The notes below the pieces were generated by a model. That model saw only the letters and a program-made list of their open reading frames with translations, did not search any database and had not been told where the DNA came from. Source: Breznakia sp. PF5-3 (GTDB taxonomy: Bacteria; Bacillota_I; Bacilli_A; Erysipelotrichales; Erysipelotrichaceae). Taken from it: DNA of 32,000 bases. The stretch is taken from assembly GCF_029504745.1 (NCBI RefSeq), contig NZ_JAQFIQ010000020.1, positions 1 to 32,000 on the forward strand, in the 5' to 3' direction. A program made the translations under genes and the position numbers. Of the stretch, positions 26,408-32,000 are shown piece by piece (within the stretch, counting starts at the first letter, position 1; every line of letters starts with the position of its first letter).

Positions 26408-27200
26408 ACCAGATTGTACAGTATTTGCGATGATTCAACCAAGCCCCCTTCCTGGAAGTTATCGACATGATTCAAAAACAATTGATGAGATTGTTGAAGA
26501 AGTATTGAAAGAAACCCAGATGGTTGTGGATAATGGTTTTGATGGGGTCATCTTACAAAATATGAACGATATGCCAATTAAGCAAATTGCATCACCTGAA
26601 GCAATCGCATATATGAGTAGGATTGGCTATGAGATAAAACAAAAATATCCATCTTTAACACTTGGTGTGTTATTGAACTGGGATGGTGTTGCTAGCTTAG
26701 CAGTTGCTGATGCAATTGGTGCAGATTTTGTTCGTGTTGAACATTTGTTTACGGGAGCTAGTGTAACAAGTGCTGGTATTTTACAAGCACAGTGTGTAGA
26801 GATAGCCAATATTAGAAAACGTACCAAATCTAAAATACCTGTATATGTTGATATACAAGAAGTTCATGGAGTGGCTTTAGGTGCCAAACCAATGGAGGAC
26901 GCAGCTTGGGAAGCGGTTCATGAGGCTTTTGCAGATGGATTGTTTATTTCTGGAAAGAATGTTGAAGAAAGTATCCAGATGGCCAAAGCAGTACGAACGA
27001 AACTTCCTAATACACCGATGATTTTAGGAGGTGGTGCAACAGGCGACAATATTTATGAGTTGTTGCATTATTATGATGGAGTCTCAGTAGCTACATGGAT
27101 TAAGAATGGAGATATGAAAAATAACATAGACCCACAAAGAGCTGAAATATTTAATGCCGAAGCACAACGTGCGAAAGAAGACAAAAAACACCGATCATAA
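26400..27200 (+). CDS. BtpA/SgcQ-family TIM-barrel protein (function unknown)
   Basis: The N-terminal pattern VFAMIQPSPLPGSY....I.EIVEEVLKE...V.NGFDGVILQN.ND.P is typical of BtpA/SgcQ. The start overlaps the upstream stop by 8 nt. Confidence 0.65.
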   Translation: MFKPDCTVFAMIQPSPLPGSYRHDSKTIDEIVEEVLKETQMVVDNGFDGVILQNMNDMPIKQIASPEAIAYMSRIGYEIKQKYPSLTLGVLLNWDGVASLAVADAIGADFVRVEHLFTGASVTSAGILQAQCVEIANIRKRTKSKIPVYVDIQEVHGVALGAKPMEDAAWEAVHEAFADGLFISGKNVEESIQMAKAVRTKLPNTPMILGGGATGDNIYELLHYYDGVSVATWIKNGDMKNNIDPQRAEIFNAEAQRAKEDKKHRS

Positions 27201-27217
27201 ATGATTAGGTGTTTTTT
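27188..27217. terminator. Bidirectional terminator between convergent BtpA-like and UvrA-like genes
   Basis: ACACC..ATCAT / ATGAT..GGTGT interrupted stem. An A-run lies upstream and T6 downstream. Spans both stop codons. Confidence 0.55.
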
Positions 27218-29454
27218 ACTGCTTTACGTAAACTATTAGCTGTATGTGTTTTACTATATTGAAGCATATCAAGTGGAGTTCCTTGAAAAACAACTTCTCC
27301 ACCATTTTTTCCACCATTAGGACCAATATCAATAATCCAATCTGCCTGTTTGATTACATCAAGATTGTGTTCAATGATAATTAATGTATTTCCTTTATCA
27401 GCCAGATGATTGAATAGCTTTAATAATTTTTTTATATCTGATATATGCAATCCTGTTGTAGGTTCATCAAAGACATATACTTTGCCTTTTTTATTTAGAT
27501 GTTTAGCTAGTTTTATTCGTTGTAATTCTCCACCAGATAAAGTCGAAAGAGGTTGTCCTAAGGACATATATGCAAGTCCTACATCTTTCATTGCTTGAAG
27601 TTTCGTGTTTATCTTCTTATGGTCGAAGAACATCAATGCTTCTTCAATGCTCATATTCAATACATCAACAATGTTTTTATGCTTATACGTATAAGAAAGT
27701 GCTAATTGATTATAGCGATTACCCCCACAATGTTCACAAGTGTTGATAATAGGATCCATGAATATAAGTTCAGTAATTAAAACACCCTTTCCTTGACATT
27801 TTTCACAGGCTCCAGTTGAATTGAAACTAAAATGGTCCTTTCCAACGTTACAATGGTTGGCAAACAATGTACGGATATCACTTAAAATATCTAAATAGGT
27901 AGCAGGTGTAGATTTTGTTGAAGTGGTAATTTGCGATTGATCTACGTGAATAATATCATTAGGATAAGTATTCGTAAAAACTTTGGATATTAAGGTACTT
28001 TTTCCAGATCCAGCTACACCACTAATCACATTTATAATGTGTTTAGGAATATTTACATGAACATGCTTTAAGTTGTGTTGGTTTGCGTCTTTGATAGAAA
28101 AAGATGTATTCCATTTTCGAGGGGTATGATTAATATCTGTTTCTTCAAGTAACGCTCTAGCAGTAAGTGTATCTGTAAGTAGTAGCTCTTTATAGTCTCC
28201 TTGAAAAACAATATTGCCTCCGTGTGTTCCTGCGTATTTTCCTATGTCGATAATTTCATCAGCTATGGCGATGATATCACGGTCATGTTCAACAACAATG
28301 ACCGTATTTCCTTTATCACGTAAATCTTGAAGTAATAATATCATTCTTTCGACATCATGAGGATGCATGCCAACACTAGGTTCATCAAAAATATAAATCA
28401 TATCTGTTAAACTACTCCCCATATAACGGACAAGTTTTAGACGTTGTGCTTCACCACCTGACAAAGATGAGGATTCTCGATTTAAATGAAGATAGGGAAG
28501 ACCAATATCAATCAATCGTTTGATACCTGACTTCAAAGTGTCTAAAACAGATTGGACAGAAGCATCATGAATGGTTTCTAATACATGAATTAAATCACTT
28601 AATTCCATTTCACACATATCATTAATTGTATAGTTCATAATTTTACAATTCAAAGCAGCAGAGTTTAACCTTTTTCCCTGGCAATCAGGACAAAGATTTT
28701 GACTAATAAAAGAGTTTCCTTTATCTTTTATGGGGGTTATTAATTTACTTAAATCTCTTGTTAGATATTTCTGTGTTATTTTGTGATAGACTCCTGTGAT
28801 TTTTTCGTTAACAAGTTTTTTATCATGATTTCGTCTACCATAGAGAAGCAATGATAATTCTTCATCTGAATATTGAGCAATTGGTTTATCCATGTCAAAA
28901 AGTTTTGATTCTTTATATTGTTTCCAATACCAAGTATTTGGAGCAAAAGTAGATTCTTTTATACAACCTTGGTTAAGTGATTTATCAAAATCAACGAGTT
29001 TATTGATATCAACAGTCTTGGTTATTCCTATTCCTGAGCAGGTAGGGCACATACCGTTTGGATCATTGAAAGAAAAGTGTGATGCGCTACCAACAAAAGG
29101 TTTTCCAATTCTTGAATAGAGTAATCGTAAGCTGGTATACAAATCACTAATAGTTCCTACAGTGGAACGAATATTACCTCCTAGTGGTGTTTGATCAATG
29201 ATGATGGAAGCACTTAAGTTTTCAATTTTATCAACATCTGGTCTTGGATATTTTGGCATTCTACCACGGATGAATGCAGGATAAGTATCTTTCATTTGTC
29301 GTTGTGATTCAGCTGCAATGGTATCAAAAACAATACTGGATTTACCAGAACCTGAAACACCTGTAAAGACAATTAATTTGTGTTTGGGTATCTGCAATGA
29401 TACGTTTTTTAAATTATTTTGTTTTAATCCTTGAATGATAATGTTATTGTTCAT
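27205..29454 (-). CDS. Short UvrA paralog (class-II-like, lacking most of the UvrB-binding region); ABC-ATPase with zinc modules
   Basis: Two Walker A motifs (GVSGSGKSS, GVAGSGKST), two signatures (LSGGEAQRLKL, LSGGELQRIKLA), and CxxC pairs (CPTCSG, CPDCQG, CEKCQG, CEHCGG). About 749 aa versus about 940 for canonical UvrA. The ATG at 29454 lies 6 nt after GGAGGAG; the track start is 29469. Confidence 0.85.
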   Translation of the reverse strand: MNNNIIIQGLKQNNLKNVSLQIPKHKLIVFTGVSGSGKSSIVFDTIAAESQRQMKDTYPAFIRGRMPKYPRPDVDKIENLSASIIIDQTPLGGNIRSTVGTISDLYTSLRLLYSRIGKPFVGSASHFSFNDPNGMCPTCSGIGITKTVDINKLVDFDKSLNQGCIKESTFAPNTWYWKQYKESKLFDMDKPIAQYSDEELSLLLYGRRNHDKKLVNEKITGVYHKITQKYLTRDLSKLITPIKDKGNSFISQNLCPDCQGKRLNSAALNCKIMNYTINDMCEMELSDLIHVLETIHDASVQSVLDTLKSGIKRLIDIGLPYLHLNRESSSLSGGEAQRLKLVRYMGSSLTDMIYIFDEPSVGMHPHDVERMILLLQDLRDKGNTVIVVEHDRDIIAIADEIIDIGKYAGTHGGNIVFQGDYKELLLTDTLTARALLEETDINHTPRKWNTSFSIKDANQHNLKHVHVNIPKHIINVISGVAGSGKSTLISKVFTNTYPNDIIHVDQSQITTSTKSTPATYLDILSDIRTLFANHCNVGKDHFSFNSTGACEKCQGKGVLITELIFMDPIINTCEHCGGNRYNQLALSYTYKHKNIVDVLNMSIEEALMFFDHKKINTKLQAMKDVGLAYMSLGQPLSTLSGGELQRIKLAKHLNKKGKVYVFDEPTTGLHISDIKKLLKLFNHLADKGNTLIIIEHNLDVIKQADWIIDIGPNGGKNGGEVVFQGTPLDMLQYSKTHTANSLRKAVKNT

Positions 29455-29546
29455 ATTACACTCCTCCATACCGTTTATTCTATAGGAAGGTAGATAGAAA
29501 TTCTTGATATTTTTTGCTATACTTTAGCCAGATATATGGAGAATGT

Positions 29547-30422
29547 ATGAACTATTTGCAAGCATTAGAGATTGCTATAAATTATATAGAAGATAATATG
29601 GAAAAGAATATTACAGTTTTTGATATTGCAAGGACTACAGGTTATTCATATTATCATTTTTCACGTGTTTTCCAAGCTATAATTGGAGAATCGATTGGTT
29701 CGTATTTGAAGAGCAGACGTTTGAGTGAAGCAGCAGATGATTTGTTAAATAGTAATACAAATATATTGGAGATTGCTTTAAAGTATGGTTTTACAACGCA
29801 TGAAGCTTTCACAAGAACGTTTAAGAAGCGATACCATAAGTCTCCATCATCATATCGAAAGCACGGGGTTAGCTATTTTATAGAGAAAAAGAAAGTTATC
29901 GATTTTTCGATGTTAGAATATCTTGAAAAAAATCATAAGATTCAAAAACCAAAAATCATGAGAGTAGAGACTTTTACAACGATTGGAAAAAACTATCAAA
30001 CAAGTCTTTTAAATAATGAAATAGTAAATGCATGGAAAGATTTTATTTCTTATATTAAAAAAAATATAACGTCTATTCCCATTAGAAGTTATGCCTTATG
30101 CAATACAGATACTCCATATTATGATGAAAAAGGAGATGTTTTATTTTCGCATCAATTATCAATTGATTATAGTAGTACTTATAAGAATATTCCTGATACT
30201 ATGGAAAAACGTATTGTATTGGGGGGAAGATACGCAGTGTTTTTGCACCAGGGCAAAGTAAGAGATTTAGTAAAAACTTATGAATATATCTGGGGGATTT
30301 GGTTGTTAAATAATGAAGAGGAATTTGATGAATCAAGAGTGGATTTTGAAGTTTACGATGAACGCTTTTTAGGAACTGAACACTTGGAAAGTATCGTTGA
30401 AATTTTTATTCCTTTAAAATGA
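29547..30422 (+). CDS. AraC-family regulator with C-terminal GyrI-like small-molecule-binding domain
   Basis: AraC HTH region (ITVFDIARTTGYSYYHFSRVFQAIIGESIGSYLKSRRL ... GFTTHEAFTRTFKKRY) plus a ~150-aa GyrI-like tail (...DFEVYDERF...VEIFIPLK). The ATG at 29547 lies 5 nt after GGAG; the track start is TTG 29514. Confidence 0.85.
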   Translation: MNYLQALEIAINYIEDNMEKNITVFDIARTTGYSYYHFSRVFQAIIGESIGSYLKSRRLSEAADDLLNSNTNILEIALKYGFTTHEAFTRTFKKRYHKSPSSYRKHGVSYFIEKKKVIDFSMLEYLEKNHKIQKPKIMRVETFTTIGKNYQTSLLNNEIVNAWKDFISYIKKNITSIPIRSYALCNTDTPYYDEKGDVLFSHQLSIDYSSTYKNIPDTMEKRIVLGGRYAVFLHQGKVRDLVKTYEYIWGIWLLNNEEEFDESRVDFEVYDERFLGTEHLESIVEIFIPLK

Positions 30423-30444
30423 AACACTTTTAGAAGTGTTTTTT
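30422..30444 (+). terminator. Intrinsic terminator after the AraC-family gene
   Basis: AAACACTT / AAGTGTTT 8-bp stem with loop TTAG, followed by T-run. Begins in the stop codon. Confidence 0.75.
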
Positions 30445-30544
30445 ATTAAGGGAAAAGTAAATCCTACCTTTTTAGTTCTTTATGTTAGGGACTATAGGAA
30501 TAATTTGAATACTTTATGTTTATATTTGTTGCTATACTTTTAGA

Positions 30545-30748
30545 GTAGGTTTTAGGTTTTCTTTTCGATCCTTTCCTGTCCGGAAAGAAAACTTACCTAC
30601 AACAGAGTCAATTTCCAACAATCTAATTTATGATTATGGCGCCCTTCATCCGTATTTTAAGTTTTTGTTTGGAAATTGAATCATGCAAAAAAGAGTTGTA
30701 ATTTGATAGTTGATATAATAATAACTATTCAGTTACAACTCCTTTTTT
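30545..30748 (+). ncRNA. Candidate ~200-nt structured small RNA (three consecutive stem-loops ending in an intrinsic terminator); no known family recognised
   Basis: An extended -10 TGCTATACT (30530-30538) would place the transcription start near 30545. Stem-loop 1 spans 30545-30600 (GTAGG/CCTAC plus GTTTTCTTTTC/GGAAAGAAAAC). Stem-loop 2 spans 30608-30679 (TCAATTTCCAACAA/TTGTTTGGAAATTGA). Stem-loop 3 plus T6 spans 30693-30748. Confidence 0.3.
30693..30748. terminator. Strong bidirectional intrinsic terminator
   Basis: About 17-bp imperfect stem GAGTTGTAATTTGATAGTT / AACTATTCAGTTACAACTC, flanked by A6 upstream and T6 downstream. Confidence 0.7.
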
Positions 30749-30885
30749 ATGTTTGGGGTGTTTTATCAGCAATTCGTATACAGCAAGTGGAGCAGGAGAA
30801 GAATAGAAAGAAAGCGTAAGTGAGGAGGAAGAAATGGATCTTCAAATAACATCACCAAATGTGAGGATTTCTATTTATAGATGTA

Positions 30886-32000
30886 TTATTCAATAGCTGC
30901 AATGATTTGATTAATTGTATCAGTTTCTAAAAAATCATCAATTAGTAAGATTTTTTGTCCGCTTGCATTTGCTGGTAGGGGAATGGTTGATAAAATGATA
31001 TCAAAGGATTGAAAGAAGGCCCGTGAACTAGTAATTACTTGTTCATAGCGGAGCTTTGTGATATCAACTTTTTGAACATTACCAATATTAATTGAATTTT
31101 CAATTTTTGATGCCAAATAGGTAGCATGTTGATGACTGAAATCACTAATTACTAAAATCATTTTCATTTTTGGCAAATGAATATACTTTGATGTATACAC
31201 ATTAAAATAATAAATAAACACATCAAATAAGACACAAAGGTTTAAACCAACTTTTTTAGATAATTTTTCAAGATGTACATAAGTGATTTTTGCTTTGTCT
31301 GGCTTTGTCTGTTGATATTTTTTTGCGAACCATTGCATTCGGCTATAAAATAGATAGGAAGGATATGGGAATATTTTACAATCTAGATAGATTCGATATA
31401 GTATGAAATATACAAAGTCTTCAACTTCGCCAATATGACCGATAGGAGAATGTTTTAAGATTGCTTTTGCTGTGTTTCTAAGTTCTTTAGTAACGCTTTC
31501 TCTTTCCTGAGAAGTTTCAAAAAAATCATAGGATATAATAATTAAGGAAAAAGATCGTTCTAACCCCGCAGGTGTTAGGTTAGGAAAAGAAAACTTATAA
31601 CCATCATAAATACTTTTTTTAATATTTAAATTCACTTGATACTTTTTATCCAAAGGAAACCCTTGATTTTCTCTAACTAAAGATATAGCTAATAACATGG
31701 AATAATATAATGATTCTACACCATTGAAACTATCGACTGCAAATCGCTCTTGAATGATATTTTCTACATTTTTTTTACTAAAACTCAAATCAAAGGAAAA
31801 AGGTAATTCAAATCCATGAGATTCAATAAATGCAAAGGTAAAAAATTTACGGATATAAGCTTCATTATCTCCAGCAATAAAATATTTACCTCGTTGAACT
31901 TCGATTTTTATTTTATATTTTATAAGTTCGTTATTAATTTTTGAAATTAGTCTTTTTAAGGTGGAATTGCTTACATAGAGTTTTTCACTATAAAAATTGA
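30886..32000 (-). CDS. Mga/PRD-like HTH transcriptional regulator, 5'-truncated by the window edge
   Basis: The track start at 31788 is an internal TTG. The frame stays open to position 32000 (...NFYSEKLYVSNSTLKRLISKINNELIKYKIKIEVQRGKYFIAGDNEAYIRKFF...), giving an HTH segment. The C-terminal part (MKMILVISDFSH...ILLIDDFLE) resembles the EIIB-like tail of Mga/AtxA-type regulators. Confidence 0.6.
   Translation of the reverse strand, partial: NFYSEKLYVSNSTLKRLISKINNELIKYKIKIEVQRGKYFIAGDNEAYIRKFFTFAFIESHGFELPFSFDLSFSKKNVENIIQERFAVDSFNGVESLYYSMLLAISLVRENQGFPLDKKYQVNLNIKKSIYDGYKFSFPNLTPAGLERSFSLIIISYDFFETSQERESVTKELRNTAKAILKHSPIGHIGEVEDFVYFILYRIYLDCKIFPYPSYLFYSRMQWFAKKYQQTKPDKAKITYVHLEKLSKKVGLNLCVLFDVFIYYFNVYTSKYIHLPKMKMILVISDFSHQHATYLASKIENSINIGNVQKVDITKLRYEQVITSSRAFFQSFDIILSTIPLPANASGQKILLIDDFLETDTINQIIAAIE

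Noticed and set aside
30630-30701. 23-codon ORF (MIMAPFIRILSFCLEIESCKKEL) considered as a type I toxin within the structured intergenic RNA
   Set aside because: There is no SD upstream, the hydrophobic segment is too short for a TM helix, and no obvious antisense partner promoter is present. It is kept only as a note under the candidate-RNA finding.
1-32000. Whole window examined for mobile-element, prophage, CRISPR or phage-defence signatures
   Set aside because: I saw no integrase, transposase or recombinase, no terminal inverted or direct repeats flanking a block, no repeat-spacer array, and no tRNA attachment site. I also saw no nuclease/helicase/methylase combination. The UvrA-like ABC ATPase has no nuclease partner, so I did not call it a defence system.

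Overview
Low-GC, densely coding Bacillota-type chromosomal segment (possibly a gut Erysipelotrichia/Clostridia-like organism; taxon not provable from this window). I saw no rRNA, tRNA, CRISPR array, transposase or integrase. Two separate mannose-class PTS catabolic islands dominate, each paired with a GntR/HutC-type regulator. Island 1 (2796-14692) looks like an expanded Amadori/Heyns-product (frl/gfr-like) locus. It has four SIS-domain deglycase/isomerase paralogs, two HAD phosphatases, PTS EIIB-C-D with a displaced EIIA, an EamA permease, and a 710-aa FrlD-kinase/HAD-phosphatase/RPE-epimerase triple fusion. The two divergent operons flank a promoter that overlaps a TGACAA/TTGTCA palindrome array. 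Island 2 (20638-27200) is the best candidate for an undescribed pathway. It encodes GntR, PTS EIIA-B-C-D, two amidohydrolase-2 paralogs (one apparently lacking conserved metal/catalytic residues), an eIF2B/MtnA-family protein with substituted catalytic positions, and a BtpA/SgcQ TIM barrel. It contains no kinase, aldolase, dehydrogenase or SIS enzyme. Between the islands lie a 1032-aa fused MacB-type ABC ATPase/FtsX permease with a very large extracytoplasmic domain, a small internally duplicated protein, a SnoaL-like protein and a GlpK paralog. The left end carries a YciI-like gene, an orphan 220-aa gene and a sortase-anchored MucBP surface protein. The right end carries a divergent pair (short class-II-like UvrA paralog plus AraC/GyrI-like regulator), a structured intergenic region that may encode a ~200-nt RNA, and a 5'-truncated Mga/PRD-like regulator. 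All functional calls come from by-eye motif recognition. Hand-mapped small motifs may be off by 1-2 nt.
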